DNA of 64,000 bases from Octopus sinensis (taxonomy: Eukaryota). Positions 1-12,236 of this stretch are shown piece after piece. The notes under the pieces are model-generated. The model saw only the letters and a program-made list of their open reading frames with translations. It did not search any database and was not told the DNA's origin. The position numbers and the translations under genes were made by a program. The stretch covers positions 63,240,001 through 63,304,000 of the forward strand of contig NC_043008.1 in NCBI RefSeq assembly GCF_006345805.1, read 5' to 3'. Within the stretch, counting starts at the first letter, position 1, and each line of letters begins with the position of its first letter.

Positions 1-200
1 TATTTATTTGTTTATTTATTTACTTATTTTGCATATGAATCATCTTGTTATTGGAAGTTGCATTATTTGCTATTTGGATTAAGATCACTAAGCTAGAACT
101 GATACATAACTGTAAAATTATGTACAATATATATGTAAATATATATTAAACGTATACAAATATTTACTAACATTAAAGTGTCAAACCGACAGAATCACTA

Positions 201-367
201 TCATGCTGGGTGGAATGCTTAGTGGCATCACATCCATCCTTACATTCTGAGTTCAAATACCATTGACGTCGACTTTGATTTTCAGCCTTTCAGGGTCGAT
301 AAAATAGCAACTAGTTGAACTCTGGGGTCAATGTAATCGACTTACCCTCTTCCCAGACTTGCTGGCC
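201..367 (+). mobile_element. SINE-like family A copy (5'-truncated)
   Basis: Matches the recurring family consensus ...gaaatgcttag...ttctgagttcaaat...gtcgactttg...tttcagggtcgataaa...ggggtcaatgtaatcgactt, seen about 20 times in the window. Confidence 0.8.
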
Positions 368-368
368 T

Positions 369-759
369 TACTCTTTTACTCTTTTACTTGTTTCAGTCAT
401 TTGACTGCGGCCATGATGGAGCACCGCCTTTAGTTGAGCAAATCGACCCCAGGATTTATTCTTTGTAAACCTAGTACTTATTCTATCTGTCTCTTTTGCC
501 AAACTGCTAAGTTACGGGGACGTAAACACACCACCATTGGTTGTCAAGCGATGGTGAGGGGGCAAACACAGACACACAAACACATGCACAAACATACATA
601 CATATATACATATACACGATGGGCTTCCTTCAGTTTCCATCTACCAAATCCAATCACAAGGCTTTGGTCAGCCTTGTCCAAGGTGCCATGTAGTGGGATT
701 GAACCCGGAACTATGTGGTTGGTAAGCAAGCTACTTACCACACAGCCACTCCTACGCCT
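369..759 (-). mobile_element. tRNA-headed CORE-like SINE family B, near full length
   Basis: On the minus strand: head AGGCGTAGGAGTGGCTGTGTGG (A box), GGGTTCAATCCC (B box), CORE-like ccttggacaagg segment, internal (CA/TA)n and a (TAAAAGAG)n-like tail. Confidence 0.85.
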
Positions 760-782
760 TGTGCAACAATATTTAGCAACAT

Positions 783-995
783 TAAGGTAGTGAACTGGCA
801 GTAGAATTAGCATGCCATGCAAAAATGTTTAGCGGCATTTCATCCATCATTATGTCCTGAGTTCAAATTCCGCCAAGTTCAGCTTTGCCTTTCATCCTTT
901 TGAAATCAATAAAATAGGTACCAGTTCCACTCTGGGGTCGATTTGATCAGCTTATCCACTCCACCAAAATTTCTGGCCTTGCACCAAGATTCGCA
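783..995 (+). mobile_element. SINE-like family A copy
   Basis: Starts aaggtagtgaactggcag and contains ctgagttcaaattccgcc and ggggtcgat, as in the other copies. Confidence 0.8.
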
Positions 996-1371
996 ATCAA
1001 TATTTAGCAACATGCTTCAGAAACAATTTATAAATAGATTGCATTTATATCTTCAATGAAATGTAATAGTTTGTAGAGAGCAATTTTATTTACAAAATGG
1101 ACACTTTACGCAGATTTTATAAAAAGAATATCACACTTGGATTGGATTATTTATTTATGAAATCATCATTCATGTTGAAATGGTATTTCATATGTAGATA
1201 TATTCAAAGATTGAAACGGAATTAAATACTACTTAACAGATTGAAAACCAATTACATTTCTTCAATTGATTCCAAACTTTACTATACAACTTGGTTAATC
1301 ATTTAGACACTTTTATTTATATTTCATTATTATAATCATCAACATCATCATCATCATCATCCATCATCATC

Positions 1372-1440
<69 letters not shown>

Positions 1441-1443
<3 letters not shown>

Positions 1444-1945
1444 TTAAACTAAAATATGATCCGTTGTCTTCTGCTGAACCGGGGTCATCCCTTGACCTGA
1501 GGGTCAACAGCAGGTCCTCATCACATGGAGAGTACATGGTGTAAAATGTGTGCAGAACCTAGCAACACTATTTTCTGAAGTTCTCCCACGTTAAAACTGC
1601 AAGGGAGTTTGTTGAGTTGCTTATCAAAGCCCTTTTAATTAGCCCTAACGCTCCAATCACCACTAGTGCTTGTGCTGCTTTTCATTACCCACATCTTGGT
1701 CACTTCTATTTCTAAGTCTTTGTACTTAAATAACTTCTCAACTTCTTTAATGGACACATTTCTCTCTGATGGTACTGTCACATCTATCATTAAGCATTTC
1801 TTATTCTTCTCATCTTTGATCATTATATCTGGCCTGTTTGCCTTGATTTCTTTATCGGTGTTGATTGGCATGTCCCAGAGTACTGTTACATGATCCTTTC
1901 TCATCACAGCTTCAGGTTTATGCTGGTACCATCTTTCTGAAAGAT
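1441..1945 (-). mobile_element. 3' end of R4/Dong-clade non-LTR retrotransposon (restriction-like endonuclease domain), copy 1
   Basis: ORF reads WYQHKPEAV...VLWDMPINTDKEIKANRPDIMIKDEKNKKCLMIDVTVP...KEVEK (PD..D..K motif). It is followed by a 3' UTR and an (AAT)n tail, with (TTA)n on both flanks. Confidence 0.85.
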
Positions 1946-1980
1946 TATTATTATTATTATTATTATTATTTATTATTATT

Positions 1981-2483
1981 ATTTTAAACTAAAATATGAT
2001 CCGTTGTCTTCTGCTGAACCGGGGTCATCCCTTGACCTGAGGGTCAACAGCAGGTCCTCATCACATGGAGAGTACATGGTGTAAAATGTGTGCAGAACCT
2101 AGCAACACTATTTTCTGAAGTTCTCCCACGTTAAAACTGCAAGGGAGTTTGTTGAGTTGCTTATCAAAGCCCTTTTAATTAGCCCTAACGCTCCAATCAC
2201 CACTAGTGCTTGTGCTGCTTTTCATTACCCACATCTTGGTCACTTCTATTTCTAAGTCTTTGTACTTAAATAACTTCTCAACTTCTTTAATGGACACATT
2301 TCTCTCTGATGGTACTGTCACATCTATCATTAAGCATTTCTTATTCTTCTCATCTTTGATCATTATATCTGGCCTGTTTGCCTTGATTTCTTTATCGGTG
2401 TTGATTGGCATGTCCCAGAGTACTGTTACATGATCCTTTCTCATCACAGCTTCAGGTTTATGCTGGTACCATCTTTCTGAAAG

Positions 2484-2485
<2 letters not shown>
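1981..2485 (-). mobile_element. 3' end of R4/Dong-clade non-LTR retrotransposon, copy 2 (identical tandem copy)
   Basis: Sequence lines 1441-1940 and 1981-2480 are identical, giving a period of exactly 540 bp. Confidence 0.85.
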
Positions 2486-2519
<34 letters not shown>

Positions 2520-2542
2520 GTCAGTCTTATCATTATTATTAT

Positions 2543-2762
2543 TAAGGCGGCGAGCTGGCAGAATCATTAGCGTGCTATACAAAATGTTTAGTGCTATTTC
2601 ATCTGCTGCTACATTCAAATTCTGAGTTCAAATTCTACCAAAGTTGATTTTAACATTCATCCTTTCAGGGTTGATAAATTGAGTACCAGTTGAGTACTGA
2701 GGTCAATGTAATCGACTACTCCCCTCTCAACAAATATGGGGCCTAGTGCCTCCAGTAGGAAG
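2543..2762 (+). mobile_element. SINE-like family A copy
   Basis: Head aaggcggcgagctggcagaa begins directly after the (TTA)n array; body matches the family. Confidence 0.8.
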
Positions 2763-3254
2763 GTAAAAATAATTTGTATGATGTTAGTAACAAAATATTT
2801 TGTAAGAAATAGAACTTTTATCATCGGTCTTAAATTTATTTATGCCAGTGAATGTGTGTATGTCTGTTACCAGGTAACAGAATATGAGTCTTTTGAGTCA
2901 AGCTATTTTAATTAGAGTTTCACTTAATTTCATTTTAATTAGAATTTCACTGAATGATTTCATCATAATAAAATTTAATCGCAATTACAGGAGCTATGGG
3001 ACATACTTATGCACATACAGACACTCAGAACTGTCTCATGTATAAGCAATCTCCATAACACATAACTTATTTTATAACGGCAAATATTAAATTTTTTTAT
3101 TTTATTTATTTGTTTTATCCAGTTTCAGCTTACGAGCTGTGGCCATGCTGGTACACCGCCATTCTTGATTACTTTGGGGAAAAATTCTCATTTATAAATA
3201 TTTGATATCTTGGCAACTTCACTAATTCCAACAGCATGAAAAAGGCACACAGTA

Positions 3255-3480
3255 GTCGGTGTAAGCCGTTGGTATTAGGGAGGGCACCCAATCGTAGAAA
3301 CCTTGCCAAAGCTGGCATTGGAGTTCAATACAGCTTTATGGTTTGATGGGTCCTCACAAACCCTCCCACCCATGCCAGGATAAAAGGTAAGTATTAATTG
3401 ATGGTGGTGGTGGTGGTGGTGGTGGTGGTGATGGTGATGATGGTGATGATGATGATGATGATGATGATGAGGAGGAGGAG
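3255..3480 (+). mobile_element. Degenerate RTE LINE 3' tail (family C) with (GAT)n tail
   Basis: ttggtattagggagggcacccaatcgtagaaac matches the family C motif and is followed by (GGT/GAT)n. Confidence 0.6.
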
Positions 3481-4137
3481 GAGGATTAAATATCTACAAT
3501 ACACTGATGTGAAATAGTTGTACGATTTGCACTCTAGAATAATGCTCATTTATCATTTATGCCACCTTTCTTTTTGTTTTTGTTTTTTTTTTGTTATCAA
3601 TTATCTTTTCAAGTTTGATTTTTTAAGAAAGAAGCCATATAAATAGAAGACAAAATAAAATAATTAGTTTCATACAATAAACCATCTCATTAACGAAATT
3701 AGCTTATGTATCATAGGTGTCCTAATTTCCTTATTTTATCTATACCTTGTGTGTTTTAATGTTGAGGAAATACTCATAAAAACATATTAGAAAAAATTCT
3801 ACAATATTTTAATTATGGTCAATTTTAATAAAATTCTTTAATATGTTTCTCCAGCATAGCCACAGCTTCTGGCCAAAACCAATCAGAGAATAATAGAATA
3901 ATTCAAAATGGACTCTTCTCCGTTTAATTATATATCATTTATATCAAATATAAATGCTAAGATAGATAAATATGTTACTGGTTAATAGAATATAAATCTT
4001 TTGTGCCAAGCTATTTTAATTAGAGTTTCACTTATCTTAATAAGATTAAATAGCAATAACAAAAGCTATGGGACACAGATACGTACATACAGACATACAT
4101 ACTTACCTACATACATACACACGCATACAGATAAATG

Positions 4138-4190
<53 letters not shown>

Positions 4191-4262
4191 CTATCTACCT
4201 GTTTGTCTGTCTGTCTGTCCATCTATCTATGTGTGTGTGTATATATATATGTATATAAATAT

Positions 4263-4472
4263 GAAAACAATTGCAGCATGAAAGGTATTTATAAGCCATT
4301 TGAGAAACACACAAAAACCATTAGATTCACTCAATTTAAATGTTGTAGTGAATCTAACGGTTTTTGTGTGTTTCTTAAATGGCTTATAAACATCTTCCAC
4401 ACTGCAATTGTTTTCATTCCAGCACATGATCTCAGATCAGGTCACTTGCTATGCAAGTACATCTCTGTAAAT
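4263..4472. mobile_element. Palindromic (TA)n-embedded element, short version (153-bp hairpin plus ~57-bp unique tail)
   Basis: Inverted arms gaaaacaattgcag...ttagattcac / gtgaatctaa...ctgcaattgttttc centred at 4339. The tail matches 57832-57893. Confidence 0.8.
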
Positions 4473-4834
4473 ATATAAATATGTATACACACATATAAAT
4501 ATATAGATATATTTGTGTGTGTATACATGTATGTATGTATATGTATATCTATCTATCTATACACAGAAACACACTGACACACACACAGACACACATGCAT
4601 ACACATGAACACACAGACATACAAACACATGCACATATATTTGTAATCATACATTGCAGTTCTACCTTATACCACTAAAACTGCTACACTACTTACCAAG
4701 GTAGTTAATGTAGGTTATATTTTCAGTTGCCCTGTTTTAACATGCTATGCATTTTTTGTTGTCTGCATCCATTTCATTATATCCCCATTTGAATTCTGAC
4801 AGTAATACCTTCGATGACATTAGTGCCAAACCAT

Positions 4835-5390
4835 CATCATCATCATCATTATCATCATCATTTAACGTGCGCTTTCCATTCTAGCATGGGTTGGACAATT
4901 TGACTGAGGACTGGCTCACCAGATGGCTCACCAGGTTCCAATCTTGATCTCACAGAGCTTCTATGGCTGGATGCCCTTCCTAATGCCAACCACTCCGAGA
5001 GTGTAGTGGGTGCTTTTATGTGCCACCGGCACGAGGGCCAGTCAGGCGGTACTGGCAACAGCCATGCTCAAATGGTGTTTTTTACATGCCACCTGCACAG
5101 GAACCAGTCCAGTGGCACTGGGAATGACCTCACTCGAATGTTTTTTCACGTGCCAGTAAGGCGACGCTGGTAATGATCACGCTCGAATGGCGCTTTTATC
5201 ATGCCACCGGCATGGAAGCCAGTTAGCTGCTCTGGCAACGGTCATGCTCGGATGGTGCTCTTAGCACTCCACTAGCATGGATGCCAGTCATCAAATTTGA
5301 TTTCGATTTCACTTGCCTCAACAAGTCTTCACTAGCAAAGTTTAGTGTCCAATGAAGGAAAGGTATGCATAAGTGGGCTGGTTACACCCC
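4835..5390 (-). mobile_element. RTE LINE 3' end (family C), 5'-truncated
   Basis: (CAT)n then tttaacgtgcgctttcc...ggatgcccttcctaatgccaacc; colinear with the tail of the RTE element at 8930-9330. Confidence 0.8.
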
Positions 5391-5634
5391 AGCCTTTTCC
5401 TTTGACACTGCTGGGGGGGGGGGGGTAAGAAGAGACTTGCTTGTGTTTCTGACTATTGATCAGCCATATAAAACCTTGCTGAAGCTTGTGCACACAATTA
5501 CAGATGTATGGTTTACCCTGACCATTGGAAACTCAGGTTTTCACTGTTTACTACTTCACCTAAGACTTGATATCTATCTGATTGCTGATGTGTTTGAGAT
5601 ATTTAGAATGTCAATGCTATCAATGGTAAATTCA

Positions 5635-6356
5635 TCCTTATCATCATCATCGTTTAATGTCCGCTTTTCATGCTAGCATTGGTTGGACGATTTTGACTGA
5701 GGGCTGGCAAACCAGATAGCTGCACCAGGCTCCAATCTTGATCTGGCAGAGTTTCTACAGCTGGATTCCTTTCCTAATGCCAACCACTCCAAGAGTGTAG
5801 TGGGTGCTTTTATGTGCCACCGGCATGGGGGCCAGTAAGGCGGTACTAGCAATGACCTCGCTCGAATCTTTTTACACATGCCACCGGCACAGGTGCCAGT
5901 AATGTGACGCTGGTAATGATCATGCTCGAATGGTGCCTTTTATGTTCCACCGGCACGGAAGTCAGTTAGCTGCTCTGGCAATGATCATGCTTGGATGGTG
6001 CTCTTAGCACCCTGCTAGTACGGACACAAGTGCCAGTAAGACGACACTGGTAACGATCACATTCGAATGGTGCCTTTTATGTTCCACCGGCACGGAAGTC
6101 AGTTAGCTGCTCTGGCAATGATCATGCTTGGATGGTGCTCTTAGCACCCTGCTAGTACGGACACAAGTGCCAGTAAGACGACACTGGTAACGATCACACT
6201 CGAATGGTGCCTTTTATGTTCCACCGGCACGGAAGTCAGTTAGCTGCTCTGACAATGATCATGCTTGGATGGTGCTCTTAGCACCCTGCTAGTACGGACA
6301 CAAGTGCCAGTAAGACGACACTGGTAACGATCACACTCGAATGGTGCCTTTTATGT
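5635..6356 (-). mobile_element. RTE LINE 3' end (family C) with internal 137-bp tandem amplification
   Basis: Same tail family. The unit starting gtgccagtaa recurs at 5893, 6030, 6167 and 6304. Confidence 0.85.
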
Positions 6357-8929
6357 GTGAACTCTTTATTTGTAGATAGTCATTAGTTTTTAAACCAAAC
6401 TTAAGAACACAAAGCTTAGAAACTACAACATTATTCAAATTCACTGCATTAAAAGTTTATTTTCTGAGCAAGTAATATACCCAAGTTAAATACTGTCTCC
6501 TGATAAACAACACTAATATAATGTAAATTATCTTTGGTTAGCTAGCATCAATAATATAACTATATTAACTTAAGCATAGAACTTTCCTCTGTAGCAGTTA
6601 AGATAATTTTGTTACCTGTTTGAAAATATTGTTTTGATTTAATGAGTATAGTAACCATTATGGTGTCTATGATATATTTGTAATAATCTCGTAATGGGAA
6701 AAATAATAATTGAACTCAATTATTGTATGACAAATTTAATGCTTTGAAATAGACAAAATGAAATGGCAAGTCTAATAATTAGCATTCACCAAAAATCAAG
6801 TAAATCTGTTCATTTATCATTACTATTTAATTTGATTATTGTAATTCTTTTAATTAAAGAATATTGGATCTCTGTGGATTCAACTTTAAACACCTTGTCA
6901 TTTATAGAATTTGAAGGCAGTATTCCTAATAAAGAAGATGCTGAATAACTGAACTGGAATTAATAGCGTGCAAGCAGTTAATTGAATGTATGTGGGATCA
7001 AAGAAATATTCTGAGTATTGGATCCACCTTCAACACTCAATTGTTCATAAATGATGAAGGCTGTTTAGAACTGTACTCACAAAGCAGTGTGGAATCATGG
7101 AAATAAAGCTGATGGCTTGCATCTATTTAATTTAAAGTGGATTGGATTACAAAAGTGTGAGTATTGGATCAGCCATGAGCATCTAATCATTTATAAATGT
7201 TTTAGTTTGTAGAGTATGCTACTAATGAGGTGTTTAGATATAGAGCATTGAAAAAGTGTGCAGCCTACAGCATATGTTTGTTTTGGTGCAAGGTTAACCC
7301 TGATCCAGCAATGCTTATTTAGCAACTTCTTTTCAAATTTTTTAAAATATATTTCTGAACTATAAGGAAAGATGAAATGTCTCTACTGTAATAAAAAAAA
7401 AATGCTGAGATAATATGACTTACTTAACAACTGCAGATATTTGATTAAATCTTTCAAGCTCATTATTTATATAATTTATTCTGTATTATAAATTTAGTCT
7501 CTTAATCCTTTTGAGATACAATGTTTTGACATTGTGTAACCAAAACGACCAAAATTTTGTTATCTGTTGAAATACATCAATTGAAAGATTATTTCTGATT
7601 AGCCATTACACTTCAAAACCAACTGTTTCCAACATTTGTTCCACAGGGCCTATAGATTGGCTTCAAAGTCCTCTCAGCTTGTATCACTTGGGCCAATCAA
7701 TCAACCTGTGTACCTCAAGAGGTTTAACAGCCAATCCATGTTACCAAATGATTTCATGTTAAAGAACCTTCCATAAGTGGAAAGGCTAATTAATAATCAT
7801 TGAACATGGCTGTATGAATGAATATAGCTCAGGGTCTTTATATATTATAAATATATAAACTATTAATTTGCAAATTACTTCTGTAATAACATTCATATAT
7901 TAAAATTACATATACGTAATAAAATTTTGTAAAATATAATGAATCCTAAAAGTGTTATATTTGAAGCATAAACAGTTATTAATAGGCAAATTTTGGTTGA
8001 AATATTGACGGTTATCATTTAAGTGTAAATATTTCATACTTAAACTTGGTTTTACCTTGTTTGTTCTTTTGACAGAAATTGTGTTCTGTATTTATTTATC
8101 ATAGGAAATAACTTCTACTAATTACTAATGTTACTTATTCAGTTCTTATCTTTCTTCTCCATTCTATGAAATTATTTATTTACAGCTCTTGCTGTTTGGT
8201 TAAAATGTACTAGAAATATCTTAAATTTACTGACCTCAGAAATAGAAACATGTGTCTCTATTTTCCTTAGCATCACTTACTCTTGACACTGGAGGTATAG
8301 AATAATCCTTTAAGGGATAGTGAACTAACCTGAAAATTTTTCAATTTACCTCCCATGCTGAAGCTTCTCAAGTACACTAAGCAGGGGTCTCAAGGGAGTT
8401 TAGCATTTGCACAAAATATTTCTGACAAAATAAACAGCAAAATTAAATTGCTTTCTGCTTATGAAATATAATTTATTTTTATATCATGTCTTATTCGGTA
8501 AGATTGCCTTCTGGCAACAATCTCTTAGCCTCAAGCACTTCTTTCTACACATATGTCTCTGCGTATCCACTCAACTTACTGACATGTTAATCAGATGTGT
8601 TCAGATTGCATACATCACAAGAAACAGCATATTGCTACATGACTTTTACATATATTACTGACTTGTGTCTGCACTTAATTCTTCATTTTACTGCAACCAT
8701 TATTATGTATTTTCCATCCATAGAATGAATATCCTGTTAAAATATCTCACTTATTTAACTGCCTCTTTTATCATACACATCCGCAATCATTTCTTACACT
8801 TTGTAGTTCTCACCACATAATATCATCTTCAAAAGACACTCAAGGCTTGGCTCCTTTGTCATATGACACCACTGCTAAAACTGAGGTCACACCACTTCAA
8901 TATTTTGACATAATCTTTTATTTTTGTCA

Positions 8930-10590
8930 TATCATCATCATCATCATCATCATCATCATTATCATTATCACTGTCATTGTCGTTTATCGTCCATTTTCCA
9001 TGCTGGCATGAGTTGGACGGTTTGACTGAGGGCTGGCAAGCCAGAAGGCTGCACCTGGCTACAATCTGATCTGGCAAAGTTTCTACAGGTGGATGCACTT
9101 CCTAATGACAACCAATCTGAGAAAGTAGTGGGTGCTTTTTACATGCCACTGGCATGAGGGCCAGTCAGGCAGTACTGGCAATGATCACGCTCAAATGGTG
9201 CTTTTATGTGCCACCAGCACAGGTGCCAATCAATTAATACTGTCATCGGCCACAACAATGCCTTCACTTGCCTCAACAGGTCTTTGCAAGCACAGTTTAT
9301 TGCCCAACGATTGAATGGTACTTTTAAATGGGCCAATTATGCTGCACAGACATAGGCCATGGTTGTGGTTTTGCTTGGCTTCCTAGGTTTTCTCAAGCAC
9401 AGCATATCTCCAAAGGTCTCGGTTACTTGTCATCACCTCTGTCAGGCCCCACCTTTGAAGGTCATGCTTCACTACCTCATCCTATGTCTTTCTGGGTCTA
9501 CCACTTCCACAGGTTCCCTCTACTGCGAGGGTGAACACTTTTTCACACAGCTGTCCTCATCCATATGCAACACATGACCATGCCAGCATGGTCGTCTCTT
9601 TTGCACACCACATCTGATGCTTCTTATGTCCAACTTTTTTCTCAGGGTGCTTACACTCTGTCGTGTACACACACGGACATCACACATCTAGTGGAGCATA
9701 CTAGCTTCATTCTTTGCAAGCTTACGCATGTCCTCAGCAGTCACAGCCCATGTTTCACTGCCATATAGCATAGCTGTTCACACATATGCATCATATAGTC
9801 TACCTTTTACTCTGAGCAAAAGGCCCTTTGTCACCATTAGTGGTAGGAGCTATCGACTACTAGTTTTTTCCCCTGTCATGTGACAGAAGCTATTTTCTAC
9901 ACATTTTCAGTGTTTATTGCCCCTGAGCATTTGCCACAAACAAAAACTATCTTGCCAGTTAGCCTTTCTTTAATATTGTTGCACCTCTTATGTGTCCATA
10001 GCTTACACCAGGTACATCTTATGGAGTTTCTACCTACACTTTTTCTACAGATTGAGCAGGGCCATCTACCTGAGAAAATTTGGGATTTGTCTGCCTTCCT
10101 ACTTATTAAGACTTTGATTTTTGCTAGATTGACTCTAAAGCCCTTCGATTCTTGACTTTGCTTCCATACCTGACGCTTCTCCTCTAGTTCTGATAGTGAC
10201 TCAGCTATTAGAGCAAGGTCATCAGCATAGAGAAGCTCCCAGGGGTATCCTGTTCTGAATTCCTCTGTTATTGCCTGGAGAACTATGATGAATAAGAGGG
10301 GGCTGAGGACTGATCCTTGATGGACCCCTACCCCTACCTGGAATTCTTCACTCTACTCATTGCCAACCCTCACCTTACTAACAGAATCTCTGTACATGGT
10401 TTGTACATTTCTCACTAACCATTCATCTATCCCTAGTTCCTCATTGACCTCCAGATAAAGGGATCGGGGGACCCTGTCAAAGGCTTTCTATATGTCAATG
10501 AAAGCCAGGTATAGAGGTTTATCTTTGGCTAGGTATTTCTCTTGCAGCTGTCTTACCAGAAATATAGCATCAGTGGTGCTTTTCCCAGTG
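8930..10590 (-). mobile_element. RTE-clade LINE, 5'-truncated, degenerate reverse transcriptase plus 3' UTR and (GAT)n tail
   Basis: Minus strand reads GKSTTDAIFLVRQLQEKYLAKDKPLYLAF..KAFDRVP, GVHQGSVLSPLLFIIVLQAITEEF and PWELLYADDLALIA (YADD at ~10218-10229), ending NRDLWRYAVLEKT*. It has stops and frameshifts. Confidence 0.9.
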
Positions 10591-11994
10591 GTGTTCTCAG
10601 CTACTACATCTGTGATTGTTTAAGGTCTTATTAAAATTTCAAACTCCACTTCATTTAACTGGAGCTCCAACATACATAACCATGAAACAATGTTAATTAT
10701 TTGGACATAACTCTGTATTTTTCAATAGTAACAAGTATTTATAGTTTAGTGTAGTATAGTATTTATTGACAGTAAGCTACAGCAAAAATAGATCTGTATC
10801 AGGCCTCTAAACCAATGAGACTCTCAAGGCATCTGCTCCACATCCTCATGTGTTAATATAGCACTTCTGTAACGTTTTTATCTCAAAAAAAATCGCCTTA
10901 GTTGGCTGAATTATTACAGTTCTAGACAAAAGAGCAAGCAGTATTAAGTTGCATTCTTTAATTCTAAATTCATATTGTACCAAAATCAATAGAATGAGCA
11001 CCAGTTACAGTTGATAAGTTTTGTCAATACTTATTAACTCTACAAGATTCAGAACTTGAGGCCATGTGCTTATGTTAGCAAACCAAATCTAAATAATATT
11101 TTTTCTATGCTTTATGTGAAACTAAATATTTTTTCTATGCTTTATGTACAGACATTCTCTGTTTTCCAGAATTTGGTTTCTCTGATAATTTTTACTAAAT
11201 GATATTTCTAATTGTTAAGGCAATGAAGTCGCAAAATTGTTAACCTGCCACACAAAATACTTAGAAGCATTTCATATGTCTTAACATTCTAAGTTCTAAT
11301 TCCACCAAGGTCAACTTTGTCTTTCGTCCTTTTGTGATTGATAGAATAAGTGTCAGTTGATTGCTGAGGTCAATATAATTGACTTACTCCATCCCTTGAA
11401 ATTGCTAGCCTTGTGCCAAAATTTTAAACCAATATTTTTAACCGTTTGCAATTCACAAATAGAATAGAAACAATGCGAAATTGACTAAACAAGTAATATG
11501 ATATCATAATATCAAACACCATCTACATACTGGTTTTCAAACAGGTACACTGTATCCCCAACTTAATGGTTTGCAACAAGAAAGAACATTCAACCAGAAA
11601 ACATCTTAAGGGGAGTCATGATAAACTAAATTCAAAATGAAGAAGGGAACCAAGGGATCCACAAGATTAAGACATATTTTAGAAGAGAAATATCTTTAAG
11701 CTATTTGTTGCTGTTCATATTACAAGCTCTCAATGCATGTAAGAGATTATAATTCTCAACTTCTTTCGTTTTTGGATTTGGTTTGCAAGATTCTTTATGT
11801 GAGTTCGTGTGTTGAAGCATATTCTGTTGTGTCTGGGAAGAGTCATTTTCTTTTTGTGCCTTATAATTTAACACACTCACTGGTAAAATTTTCACTTATT
11901 CCTTATTTTTATTTTCCTAAAATTTTTGTTGCGTCTTGCAAACTTTTCCTTAATAAAATTTAATAACTTCTTATTAAATTTATAACAGGTTCTA

Positions 11995-12236
11995 CAGTCG
12001 TGGCCAAAAGTTTGGAGCATTTAAAAAAAATTACACTTGTCGTGCTCAAGTACAACTCGATTAAAATATATATAATGTAGAGATAAATATACCTAATAAC
12101 TGATTCAATGGTTCAATTTCTAGAAGAAAATATAGGTAAAATCAAAAATATAATTCTTTAACAAATTGCTTATGTTCTATAGATACAACCTACATCATGA
12201 ATATAAAAATATGTTCCAAACTTTTGGTGTTGACTG
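11995..12236. mobile_element. Tc1/mariner-type MITE (242 bp)
   Basis: TA flanks at 11993-11994 and 12237-12238. TIRs are cagtcgtggccaaaagtttggag and the reverse complement cagtcaacaccaaaagtttggaa. No ORF. Confidence 0.8.

Noticed and set aside
5893-6356. CRISPR-like regular array
   Set aside because: The units are contiguous near-identical repeats without unique spacers, in a eukaryotic LINE context with no cas genes.
8350-8421. Minus-strand interval with good acceptor and donor
   Set aside because: It has stop codons in all three frames. It could only be a non-coding exon, and nothing supports that.
11545-11620. TLYPQLNGLQQERTFNQK, resembling the integrase YHPQ.NG..ER motif
   Set aside because: Too short and imperfect, with no supporting flanking integrase sequence visible.
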